A DNA stretch of 41,854 nucleotides from a virus (lineage: Duplodnaviria > Caudoviricetes): positions 1 to 41,854 of IMG/VR virus record IMGVR_UViG_3300025653_000075; one strand, 5' to 3'. Shown here piece by piece: positions 1 to 7,878 of the stretch (positions are counted from its first letter, which is position 1; each line of letters opens with the position of its first letter). Both the position numbers and the translations under genes were made by a program. Below the pieces are notes generated by a model. The model searched no databases. It was not told where the DNA came from and saw only the letters and a list, made by a program, of their open reading frames with translations.

Positions 1-587
1 GCACTTCAACTTGTAATTTCTTTTTACATTATGGAACAGGAGTTATGACAGTACCTAGTGATGGCTCTGTGACTACTGCTAAACTTGGAGATGGCTCTGT
101 GACTTCTGCTAAGTTAAGTGCTGGTAAAGTTTTGCAAGTTGTAAGTGCTACTAAAACAGACACACAATCATTTAGTTCATCATCTTTTTCTGATATTACA
201 GGATTATCTTTATCTATTACTCCATCATCTACTTCATCTAAAATTTTAGTTTTTGGTTATGCAATGGTTGCTTGGGATAGTGCTAATGCTAAAATTGGAA
301 TAAACTTAGTAAGAAATACGACTAATATTTTAATTGGAGATGCCGCTGGTAGCAGACAACGACTAACAGGATTTTTATATCTTGGAACAACTTGTACTTC
401 AGTTTTTCCATCAGCATTTAATTATTTAGATGCACCTTCAACAACGTCAGCAACAACATATAAAATTCAAGCAAGTTCATTAGATAATACTGGTAATGTT
501 TATGTAAATCGTTCTTTTAACGATACAGATAATTCAACATTTGCAAGAACAGCATCAACAATAACAGCTATGGAGATTTCAGCATGA
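1..587 (+). CDS. tail fibre/receptor-binding-type protein, C-terminal part (N-terminus at 41660-41854)
   Basis: Frame is open from base 3 (TSTCNFFLHYGTGV) into the track ORF 45..587. SVTTAKL repeats, GKVLQVV and LDAPSTTSATTYK motifs are typical of marine podophage fibre modules. Confidence 0.7.
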   Translation, partial: TSTCNFFLHYGTGVMTVPSDGSVTTAKLGDGSVTSAKLSAGKVLQVVSATKTDTQSFSSSSFSDITGLSLSITPSSTSSKILVFGYAMVAWDSANAKIGINLVRNTTNILIGDAAGSRQRLTGFLYLGTTCTSVFPSAFNYLDAPSTTSATTYKIQASSLDNTGNVYVNRSFNDTDNSTFARTASTITAMEISA

Positions 588-838
588 TAGAAAAAGCAAT
601 AAAAAAAATAAATCCTAATGCAGAATTTAATATTAATGCAGATGATATAAATCAAATTACTTGGTTAAATGGAACAACTCCAATATCTAAAGAAGATATT
701 GAAGCTATGATACCAGTTGTAGAACAAGAATTAAAAGACGCTGAACAAACAGCAATAGATAAGAAAGCATCTGGCAAACAAAAACTAAAAGACTTGGGAT
801 TAGATGATGACGAAATCCAAGCATTAATAGGAGTATAA
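584..838 (+). CDS. putative tail-fibre assembly/chaperone protein
   Basis: ATGA overlap with the upstream fibre gene; paralogous N-terminus to 1295..1597 (KAIxKINPNA...WxNGTTPI). Confidence 0.55.
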   Translation: MIEKAIKKINPNAEFNINADDINQITWLNGTTPISKEDIEAMIPVVEQELKDAEQTAIDKKASGKQKLKDLGLDDDEIQALIGV

Positions 839-842
839 CAAT

Positions 843-1298
843 ATGGCATTAATTACATTAGGAGCAAATTCTGGTAAAGGAAAGGTTTTGCAAGTTCAAA
901 CATCTTTCACTTGCACAAGTAATGTTAATACTACAAATACAAGTTATACTGATACTGGTTATTCGGTAGCAATAACACCATCAGCTACTACAAGTAAAAT
1001 ACTTTTATATTTTCAATCAACAATACAGTCTTCTGGTGGTAGAAATTCTTTAACTTTTAATAGGTCTGGTTATGGTGATTTGCATGGAGATATATCAAGT
1101 GCAAATAATATTGTTAATTATGAAAATACTAGTCCAAATGGAAATAGCACAGCAAATATGATGTATATTGATTCTCCAAGCACAACTTCAGCAATTACAT
1201 ATAAAGTAAGATTTAAAAGTGCTGGTGGTAATACTATTTATTTAGCTGGACATGATAGTTCTGCACAAATTTTATTCGCAATGGAGATAGCACAATGA
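843..1298 (+). CDS. short tail fibre/receptor-binding-type protein (paralog of 1..587)
   Basis: GKVLQV, ITPSATTSKIL and IDSPSTTSAITYK motifs shared with the upstream ORF; AGGAG RBS. Confidence 0.65.
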   Translation: MALITLGANSGKGKVLQVQTSFTCTSNVNTTNTSYTDTGYSVAITPSATTSKILLYFQSTIQSSGGRNSLTFNRSGYGDLHGDISSANNIVNYENTSPNGNSTANMMYIDSPSTTSAITYKVRFKSAGGNTIYLAGHDSSAQILFAMEIAQ

Positions 1299-1597
1299 TT
1301 ATAAAAGCAATACTTAAAATAAATCCTAACGCATTGGTGACTGTTAGAGGAGATGATATTAACACTTGTGAAATAGAATGGCACAATGGAACAACACCTA
1401 TACCAGTAGCTGACATAGAAGCTAAGATGACAGAACTACAAGCAGAGTATGACGCTAACGAATATCAAAGAGAAAGAGCAACTGCCTATCCATCAATACA
1501 AGAACAGTTAGATATGCAATACTGGGATAAGGTTAATGGTACTACTAACTGGGAAGATGCCATTGCTAAAGTGAAAGCAGATATAGCTAAACCATAA
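1295..1597 (+). CDS. putative tail-fibre assembly/chaperone protein
   Basis: YQRERATAYPSIQEQLDMQYWD motif; paralog of 584..838; ATGA coupling. Confidence 0.6.
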   Translation: MIIKAILKINPNALVTVRGDDINTCEIEWHNGTTPIPVADIEAKMTELQAEYDANEYQRERATAYPSIQEQLDMQYWDKVNGTTNWEDAIAKVKADIAKP

Positions 1598-1836
1598 TGC
1601 CTAGAAAAAAGATGACTTCAAAAGAATATAGCGAAGTCGCTACTGGAGTTAGACTTTCATCACATGAGAAACTCTGTGCTGAAAGAATGAATAATATTCT
1701 TAAATCAATAGAAGAAATGAGAAAAGAAATTAAATCGTTAAGACAAGATGTTTCTATGGGTAAGGGTGGACTTAAAGTTATCTTAACTATCGGAACAATA
1801 ATTGTTGGAATACTAGGTTATTTTAACTTTAAATAA
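1597..1836 (+). CDS. hypothetical coiled-coil protein with C-terminal TM helix
   Basis: HEKLCAER motif, heptad pattern, hydrophobic C-terminus; TAATG overlap. Confidence 0.65.
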   Translation: MPRKKMTSKEYSEVATGVRLSSHEKLCAERMNNILKSIEEMRKEIKSLRQDVSMGKGGLKVILTIGTIIVGILGYFNFK

Positions 1837-1854
1837 TTACAAATACATTATTGA

Positions 1855-2070
1855 ATGAAATTTATACTAGCGTTTAGTATTTGCTCTGCAATTACTGGAT
1901 TTTGTAACAACACTGCAACTGTACCAACAGAATACAACAGTTGGACTGAATGTGTAAATGGTGGTGCAAAAATAATAACTACATTTACAGAAAGATACGA
2001 AAAAAAAATGAACGAAGAAAAATTATACGTTTCATATTTTTGTAACGAAATCAAAAACGAAAAAATTTAA
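1855..2070 (+). CDS. hypothetical small Cys-containing protein
   Basis: ORF track; hydrophobic N-terminus, four Cys. Confidence 0.6.
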   Translation: MKFILAFSICSAITGFCNNTATVPTEYNSWTECVNGGAKIITTFTERYEKKMNEEKLYVSYFCNEIKNEKI

Positions 2071-2082
2071 AGAGGAGACAAC

Positions 2083-2205
2083 ATGATAATATATGGTTAC
2101 ACGCCAAAAACTTGGTTTAACAAAATAAAAATATACTGGCAAAATACAGATAAAAAACTTTTTACCTTATTTGTAATCTGGTCAGCAATCTTGTGGGCTA
2201 TGTAA
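2083..2205 (+). CDS. small membrane protein (40 aa, MIIYGYTPKTW...SAILWAM)
   Basis: Translated by hand; GAGGAG RBS at 2072-2077; fills the gap before the holin. Confidence 0.65.
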   Translation: MIIYGYTPKTWFNKIKIYWQNTDKKLFTLFVIWSAILWAM

Positions 2206-2206
2206 G

Positions 2207-2560
2207 ATGTGGTTAACATTATTAAAAAATCCTCTTACTAAAATTATAGCAGAGAAAACATTTGGTGCTATTCAGCATAAATTACAAAAAGATAAAATTG
2301 TAAGAGAAAAAGAATTAGATGCGGCATCACAAATATCGATAGAACAAATTAAACAACAAGAACATTCGTGGAAAGACGAGTGGTTGGTAGTTTTCTTTAC
2401 ACTATTAATGGCTTGTCATTTTATTCCGTACACACAAGACGCAATGGAACGAGGTTGGTCAATATTACAAACTGCTGACCCTATGTTCTGGTACATCATC
2501 TTAACAATCGTAGGAGCATCATTTGGTGTTACTACAATGAATAAACTTAAAAAGAAATAA
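2207..2560 (+). CDS. putative holin
   Basis: SWKDEW motif followed by two hydrophobic helices and a basic C-terminus; lysis-region context. Confidence 0.6.
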   Translation: MWLTLLKNPLTKIIAEKTFGAIQHKLQKDKIVREKELDAASQISIEQIKQQEHSWKDEWLVVFFTLLMACHFIPYTQDAMERGWSILQTADPMFWYIILTIVGASFGVTTMNKLKKK

Positions 2561-2700
2561 TGGATAAGTTTATCTATTCACTGCTTTCTTGGATAGATGA
2601 ACGTATGAATTTTTTGAATAAGATTGTAGATGATGTCTACACTTTCGACTTTCCTAATTGCAAACGAAAGAAAAAACATGAAAATAAGCGAAAACACTAG
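2560..2700 (+). CDS. hypothetical protein (46 aa, MDKFIYSLLSWID...)
   Basis: Translated by hand; TAATG coupling to the holin stop. Confidence 0.5.
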   Translation: MDKFIYSLLSWIDERMNFLNKIVDDVYTFDFPNCKRKKKHENKRKH

Positions 2701-3043
2701 CGTTGCTATGCCAATTAAGAACATGATTGGTATTGTTATAGCAGTAGCAATGGGTGTATTTGCATACACAGAAGTAACAGCAAGGTTAACTTCGTTAGAG
2801 ACTTCAAGAGAACTATTTGAAAACGATTTATTAAAGAAAAGTTTACAAGTCCCTACAGACCAAGAACAGTTCATGCTTATCGAGCAGTTATACGTTGATG
2901 TAGAAAAATTAACTGAAAATCAAGAACAAAATATGACTAACAAAGTCAACATTGAGTTTTTAAAAACGCAATTAGAAAAAGCGTTAAACGATATTGAAGA
3001 TTTAAAAGACAAAGTAAGAAGAAACGGAAACGGAGGACACTGA
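2678..3043 (+). CDS. membrane-anchored coiled-coil protein (possibly spanin-like)
   Basis: Track ORF 2630..3043; ATG 2678 (MKISENTSVAMP) preferred; one TM helix then coiled coil. Confidence 0.6.
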   Translation: MKISENTSVAMPIKNMIGIVIAVAMGVFAYTEVTARLTSLETSRELFENDLLKKSLQVPTDQEQFMLIEQLYVDVEKLTENQEQNMTNKVNIEFLKTQLEKALNDIEDLKDKVRRNGNGGH

Positions 3044-3255
3044 TGATTGAAACTGTAGTAGCTCTTCTTATGATTGTTAACAACGAAATAAAAGAACACA
3101 GAATACAATCATCTATGTCTGAATGCCTTAAAGGTAGAAGAATTGCTTTGAGACAAGCAGATGACAATGTTGACTATCAATGTATCAAATCAAAAGCAGA
3201 ACTAGAAGATAACATTGACGGAAGTAAATCAATTAAAAAATTAATACTTGAGTAA
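3043..3255 (+). CDS. hypothetical protein (MIETVVALLM, two Cys)
   Basis: ORF track; TGATG coupling and GGAGG RBS. Confidence 0.65.
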   Translation: MIETVVALLMIVNNEIKEHRIQSSMSECLKGRRIALRQADDNVDYQCIKSKAELEDNIDGSKSIKKLILE

Positions 3256-3386
3256 TGGCTAAAAAATTTAAAGATTTTGTTGTTAGAGAGAAACCAAAGA
3301 AAAGAGTACGAACACACAAGAAAAGGTTAAACAAAAATGAAAAACGAGACTATAAAAAATACAACCGACAAGGAAGACCCCAATAA
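3255..3386 (+). CDS. small highly basic protein (43 aa, MAKKFKDFVVREKPKKR...YNRQGRPQ)
   Basis: Translated by hand; TAATG coupling. Confidence 0.55.
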   Translation: MAKKFKDFVVREKPKKRVRTHKKRLNKNEKRDYKKYNRQGRPQ

Positions 3387-3576
3387 AATAGAAACAGTCT
3401 TAAAAGAGTTACCACAACTATTGGTAAACCATGCTTATAAGAAATTAAAATCTGGAGAAGATTTAACAGCTTCAGAAATGAAAGTATGTTTAGAAGTTTG
3501 TAAAACATACAGTAAAGAACCTTTGGCTAAAAAAGAAGATAACATTTTAGACGAAGTACCATTTGATGATGGATAA
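3337..3576 (+). CDS. terminase small subunit (gp18-like)
   Basis: Directly upstream of TerL; KSGEDLTASEMKV motif and EVPF C-terminus resemble T7-like gp18. Confidence 0.7.
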   Translation: MKNETIKNTTDKEDPNKIETVLKELPQLLVNHAYKKLKSGEDLTASEMKVCLEVCKTYSKEPLAKKEDNILDEVPFDDG

Positions 3577-5200
3577 ACGATTAAAGAATTTTAAAAATTT
3601 TTTGTATTTGTGTTGGAAGCACTTAAACCTGCCTAACCCTACACCTATACAATTCGATATTGCAGATTACTTACAGTCAAACGAAAAGAGACTTGTAATA
3701 GAAGCATTTAGAGGCGTTGGTAAGTCTTGGATTACCTCTGCCTTTGTCTGTCATCAATTACTTCTTAATCCACAAAAAAATATTTTAGTAGTATCTGCTA
3801 GTAAAACTAGAGCAGATGACTTTAGTACCTTTACACAAAGGTTAATTGGAGAGATGCCACTATTACAACACTTGATACCTAGAGATAATCAAAGACATTC
3901 TAAAGTATCATTTGATGTAGCACCTGCTACAGCCAGTCATGCACCATCAGTTAAATCTATGGGTATCACAGGACAGTTAACAGGTAGTAGAGCAGACATT
4001 ATCATTGCTGATGACGTTGAGAGTGCTAATAACTCCCAAACGCAGTTAATGAGAGATAGATTAGGTGAGACTGTAAAAGAATTTGATGCAATCATTAAAC
4101 CTAACACTGGAAGAATTATATTTCTTGGTACTCCTCAAAATGAGATGTCATTATACAACTCATTAGAAGAGAGAGGATTTAAGACAAAGATATGGACTGC
4201 ACTTGTACCTAATCCTACACAAAAGATTAGTTATGGTCACAAACTTGCAGACATCATACAAGGTAAAGAAGGTGAACCCACAGACCCCAAAAGGTTTGAT
4301 GCGGTAGACCTTATGGAAAGACTATCATCTTATGGTCGTTCTGGTTTTAACTTACAATTTATGTTGGACACGAGTTTGTCTGATGCAAATAGATACCCTC
4401 TAAAGTTAAACGATTTAATTGTAGCTTCAGGTTGCTCTACATGGAAAGAAGCACCTGCTAAGATACAATGGGCTTCGTCACCAGAGCAAATGAAAGCTAT
4501 AGACCCTGATATTCCCAATGTGGGACTTAAAGGTGATTATTTTGTAGCTCCTATGATGATGAGCGAAGAATTTACGGCATTTGAAGGCACAGCAATGTCT
4601 ATTGACCCTAGTGGTCGTGGAGAAGACAAAACAGCGTATGCGGTGCTTAAAATGCTTCATGGAGTGCTTTATCTGACCGCCATAGGCTCATTAGATGGTG
4701 GTTATTCAGAAACTACTATGGCAAGGCTGTCTAATATCGCAAAGAAACATGATGTGAACTATGTGGTTATTGAGAGTAACTTTGGTGATGGTATGGCAAC
4801 CCAGTTGTTAAAACCTGTCATGGCAAAGATACACCCATGCGAGATAGAAGAAGTTAGACATAATACACAGAAAGAAAAACGTATTATAGACACACTAGAG
4901 CCTTTGATGAACTCACACAGGTTAGTTGTAGATGACGTACTGATACACGAAGATTTTAAGAATGAACCAGACCATCAGTTGTTTAGACAAATGACAAGGC
5001 TGACTAGAGACAAAGGTTCTCTAAGACATGATGATGCCATTGATGCTTTAGCTATGGCGGCTAAGTATTGGGTAGACAGAATGGATAGAGACCAAACATT
5101 ATCATATAATCAACACAAAGAAGAACTGTTAGACCAAGAATTAGAAAAATTTATGGAACACAGTATAGGAAGGACACCAAGAAAAGACAGATGGATATAG
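3569..5200 (+). CDS. terL: terminase large subunit (T7 gp19-like)
   Basis: AFRGVGKSW Walker A, GSRADIIIADDVE Walker B, IDPSGRGEDKT and HDDAIDALA nuclease motifs. Start could be 3563, 3566 or 3569. Confidence 0.96.
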   Translation: MDKRLKNFKNFLYLCWKHLNLPNPTPIQFDIADYLQSNEKRLVIEAFRGVGKSWITSAFVCHQLLLNPQKNILVVSASKTRADDFSTFTQRLIGEMPLLQHLIPRDNQRHSKVSFDVAPATASHAPSVKSMGITGQLTGSRADIIIADDVESANNSQTQLMRDRLGETVKEFDAIIKPNTGRIIFLGTPQNEMSLYNSLEERGFKTKIWTALVPNPTQKISYGHKLADIIQGKEGEPTDPKRFDAVDLMERLSSYGRSGFNLQFMLDTSLSDANRYPLKLNDLIVASGCSTWKEAPAKIQWASSPEQMKAIDPDIPNVGLKGDYFVAPMMMSEEFTAFEGTAMSIDPSGRGEDKTAYAVLKMLHGVLYLTAIGSLDGGYSETTMARLSNIAKKHDVNYVVIESNFGDGMATQLLKPVMAKIHPCEIEEVRHNTQKEKRIIDTLEPLMNSHRLVVDDVLIHEDFKNEPDHQLFRQMTRLTRDKGSLRHDDAIDALAMAAKYWVDRMDRDQTLSYNQHKEELLDQELEKFMEHSIGRTPRKDRWI

Positions 5201-5610
5201 AACAAACAAAAGAAGCCGTTAAAAAAGAAGAAGGCTACAGATTAGAAGTTTATAAGTGTACAGAAGGACATCTTACAGGTGGCTATGGACACAAAATGTT
5301 AGAAGGTGAAGTAGCACCTACAGACCACGCAGGTTGGCTAGTATTATTTGAAAGAGACTTTGCTAGAGCTGTAACTGGTGCTGATGATTTATTAAAGATA
5401 TGTCCTGATATTAATGACAGTGCAAGGAACATTGTGGTTGAGATGGTGTACCAAATGGGTGCTTATGGGGTGTCCAAGTTTAAGGGTATGCTTAAAGCAT
5501 TACAAGAAGAGGACTACAAACAAGCTAGTGTGGAGATGCTAGATAGCAGATGGGCTAAACAAACGCCTAATCGTGCTAATCGTATGGCAGAACGCATGGC
5601 GAATATTTAA
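5191..5610 (+). CDS. GH24/T4-type lysozyme (endolysin)
   Basis: E-x8-C-x5-T motif (EGYRLEVYKCTEGHLT), GYGH, MVYQMG, SRWAKQTPNRA. Confidence 0.9.
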   Translation: MDIEQTKEAVKKEEGYRLEVYKCTEGHLTGGYGHKMLEGEVAPTDHAGWLVLFERDFARAVTGADDLLKICPDINDSARNIVVEMVYQMGAYGVSKFKGMLKALQEEDYKQASVEMLDSRWAKQTPNRANRMAERMANI

Positions 5611-5868
5611 GAGAAAAATCTGAGGGGGTATATGATATACACAGGACGGCAGTTTCCCCCGTATGCGTTGCGTGTGCGAGTGCAAAAGAACCAAAAAACA
5701 AGGTATTAAAGGCGTTTTTAACTATATAAGGATAGCATGTCCTTTGCGTGTGTTGTGCGTGGGCGTACATTTTTTTATTTTCGCCTGTGCTTGAGCTAGT
5801 CTGTTTTTTTAGTTTGGCGGGTGGGCGTGTGCGTTGCTCTCTTTAAGTTCCACACAAAGCAACACCCA

Positions 5869-5896
5869 AAGCACCACCACAAGCACCACCACAAGC
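5869..5896 (+). repeat. tandem repeat AAGCACCACCAC x2.3
   Basis: Direct reading: 5869-5880, 5881-5892, then AAGC. Confidence 0.85.
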
Positions 5897-5965
5897 CACA
5901 CAGAGCCACGCACAGGCACGTTTGCAGGTCAACGCAGGGCAGAGGGTCAAAGGAATTACAATCAC

Positions 5966-5982
5966 TAAAGTTACACTATTAG
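5966..5982 (+). promoter_or_regulatory. phage RNAP promoter, copy 1 (TAAAGTTACACTATTAG)
   Basis: Identical 17-mer at 13504; near copies at 23508 and 37817; resembles the SP6-type ...GACACTATAG end. Confidence 0.75.
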
Positions 5983-6369
5983 ATGAGAGCAAAAAAAAGA
6001 AGATACTCTGTGTATCTCTTAAAGTATCTCATTAAGTATAAACCAAAGGACAACCAACAGACAACAAAGGATACATTCATTACTAATGATACAAAGGAAA
6101 GACTGGTTAAAGACTGACAAGGGTAGAGCCTACAAGCAGAGAACCAACAAGAATTACAGACAAAAGAAACAACAGACAAAGAAAGACAATTTAAAAGTTA
6201 ATAAGTCTTTTGAGTTTCATTTCCCTTGTGGTGTTACTTTAAAAGATTAACTATCCACACATAGCATCTTATTCTATCCCACATAATCCTATTAAATCCC
6301 ATAAACTCCTATAAATACTGCTATTATTGGTCAATATGTCCATTTTGAGTCAAATCAATAAATAAGTTG

Positions 6370-6397
6370 TTGCAATCCATATCTGCATATGTATAAG
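6370..6397 (+). promoter_or_regulatory. candidate host sigma70 early promoter (TTGCAA-16-TATAAG)
   Basis: AT-rich upstream region, position at the head of the early genes; spacer carries an operator-like ATCCATATCTGCATA. Confidence 0.45.
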
Positions 6398-6567
6398 ACT
6401 AATTATAACGTTTTTTTAAAATTTTTTTATCTAGCACAAAAAAAATACTGCCAAAAGCGGTTCAATCCTTATTGGGTTCAATCTGGGCTAGTTGTCTTTA
6501 AAGCTTTTGGAAACTCCACTCGCAGGTGGGAACGGCTCTTGACTGAGATAAGCCCCTGCAATTTTGC

Positions 6568-6621
6568 GGTTGTCTGCAATTACATATTGCACTGACGAGG
6601 CGGAGCAACGCCGAAACAATC
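6568..6621 (+). ncRNA. hammerhead ribozyme, type III (HH1), predicted cleavage after GUC at C6574
   Basis: Stem III GGUUGU/ACAAUC; stem I UGCAAU-UACAU-AUUGCA; CUGACGA 6592-6598; stem II GGCG-GAGCAA-CGCC; GAAA 6613-6616. Confidence 0.93.
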
Positions 6622-6637
6622 AACAACGGAGTACACT

Positions 6638-6898
6638 ATGAATAATCAAGAATTAAGAAAATCAATTTTAAATAAAATTAACAAAGCAAAAACAGTCTAT
6701 GTTCATAATGGATTTACTGAATTTTATTTCAAAACTATCAAAGCTGATTTATTAGAGATTTTTAGAAAAAATTATAAAAGTTTATCGGAAAGCGTTAAAG
6801 ACGGGACAACTCCTAAATATTACTTGGACAATTATTTAGAAGAGTTTGACACTCAATGTTCAATACATGAAGAGAGTGGAGATTTGTATTTCAATTAA
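6638..6898 (+). CDS. early hypothetical protein
   Basis: ORF track; CAACAACGGAG leader/RBS. Confidence 0.8.
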   Translation: MNNQELRKSILNKINKAKTVYVHNGFTEFYFKTIKADLLEIFRKNYKSLSESVKDGTTPKYYLDNYLEEFDTQCSIHEESGDLYFN

Positions 6899-6912
6899 TT
6901 TGCAAATGTTTG

Positions 6913-6932
6913 GAGTGGCGTTCTTGCCACTC
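6913..6932 (+). other. RNA hairpin GAGUGGCG-UUCU-UGCCACUC just upstream of HH2
   Basis: 8-bp stem, no U tract. Confidence 0.7.
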
Positions 6933-6936
6933 ATTA

Positions 6937-6996
6937 TGATTGTCTGTCATTTTATATGGCACTGACGAGGACACAGAACACAGTCCGAAACAATCA
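6937..6996 (+). ncRNA. hammerhead ribozyme, type III (HH2), predicted cleavage after GUC at C6944
   Basis: Stem III UGAUUGU/ACAAUCA; stem I UGUCAU-UUUAU-AUGGCA; CUGACGA 6962-6968; stem II GGAC-10 nt-GUCC; GAAA 6987-6990. Confidence 0.93.
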
Positions 6997-7025
6997 ACAA
7001 TCAATCAACAACGGAGTTAATAACT

Positions 7026-7439
7026 ATGAACGTAGAACCAATATATAGTGAAAGAAGTGGAAGACCAGTTGCAAATCAAAATATTATACATGATGATTTC
7101 GGCAATTCATTCTTTCAATCATACAATACAATTATTGCAAAAAAGAATTTTGATTGTATTACGCTTGATAAAAATTACTGGGACTATTCAGTAACTACAG
7201 GCAAATACAGAAATAAATTTCTTAATGAATGTATTGCTGACACTAGAAAAAAGATTAAAGCAGGTCTTTATAAACTGGCAGACTTAAACGGCTCAAATAA
7301 TGTAATTGAGGAAGATTTAAAAAACCAGTATTTCCAAAAGTGGAAAGACGAAGAGGCGGACAAAGAACAACAATTCAGAGATGAAAGACTTGCAGAGCGT
7401 GACAGATTAAACAACGGATATACAAAAGGCGGTCACTAA
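7026..7439 (+). CDS. early hypothetical protein (VANQ...FQSY...WDYSVTTGKYRNKFL family)
   Basis: ORF track; ACGGAG RBS; motif recurrent in phage early proteins. Confidence 0.85.
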   Translation: MNVEPIYSERSGRPVANQNIIHDDFGNSFFQSYNTIIAKKNFDCITLDKNYWDYSVTTGKYRNKFLNECIADTRKKIKAGLYKLADLNGSNNVIEEDLKNQYFQKWKDEEADKEQQFRDERLAERDRLNNGYTKGGH

Positions 7440-7618
7440 TGACAGTTAAAGAGTTAATCGCAAAATTAAAAAAGATGCCACAAACAAAAGAGGTTTATTT
7501 TTTCTCGCATGACAATGAAAGACTGTATGGTCTGGATAATGGTGTTTGGAATATACCTAACGAAAAAACAAAAGGCTCTTCACCTAATTGGGTGGAGATA
7601 GCAGGGAGGATAATGTAA
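7439..7618 (+). CDS. early hypothetical protein (59 aa, MTVKELIAKLKKMPQ...)
   Basis: Translated by hand; TAATG coupling; MTVKELIxxL start common in phage ORFs. Confidence 0.75.
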   Translation: MTVKELIAKLKKMPQTKEVYFFSHDNERLYGLDNGVWNIPNEKTKGSSPNWVEIAGRIM

Positions 7619-7738
7619 ATGAACTTATTAATCAGACAAATATTATACAAGTTTCACATGCTATTCACTGACGAGCATGAGATTGAAAAAAGGGTACGAC
7701 TTATCGTTAAGTATGACCCTTTGAACGTGTTAAAATAA
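7619..7738 (+). CDS. early hypothetical protein (39 aa, MNLLIRQILYKFH...)
   Basis: Translated by hand; GGAGG at 7605-7609; abuts the previous stop. Confidence 0.55.
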   Translation: MNLLIRQILYKFHMLFTDEHEIEKRVRLIVKYDPLNVLK

Positions 7739-7751
7739 TAATAAACAATCA

Positions 7752-7838
7752 GCAACACTGACGAGCATTTTATATGCGAAACCAAGTCGGCAGGTTTAGG
7801 GCGTAGCCTAAACTTGTATATCTGGCTTGGTCTGTTGC
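7752..7838 (+). ncRNA. hammerhead ribozyme, type I (HH3), predicted cleavage after GUC at C7832
   Basis: Stem I GCAACA/UGUUGC; CUGACGA 7758-7764; stem II GCAU-UUUAU-AUGC; GAAA; stem III ACCAAGUCGG/CUGGCUUGGU extended by CAGGUUUAGG/CCUAAACUUG. Confidence 0.93.
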
Positions 7839-7878
7839 AGTTGCAACTAATCAACAATCAACAATAGGAGTACCACAC

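Larger units (their letters stand above)
5611..6400. other. non-coding terminus/packaging region (probable location of the direct terminal repeat)
   Basis: About 800 bp with no credible ORF between the last late gene and the first early gene; GT-rich then CA-rich tracts; short tandem repeats; same position as T7 genome ends. Confidence 0.6.

Noticed and set aside
1-1597. Diversity-generating retroelement acting on the paralogous fibre genes
   Set aside because: No reverse transcriptase in the genome and no near-identical TR/VR pair differing only at adenines.
6451-6510. Twister-like look (AAAGCGGUU...GCUUU) or pistol-like look (CUGGGC...UAAGCCC)
   Set aside because: The conserved internal elements and pseudoknots of either class could not be built; kept only as an unclassified structure.
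6389-6595. 68-aa plus-strand ORF at the start of the early region
   Set aside because: Starts inside the candidate promoter, has no RBS and overlaps the structured leader and HH1.
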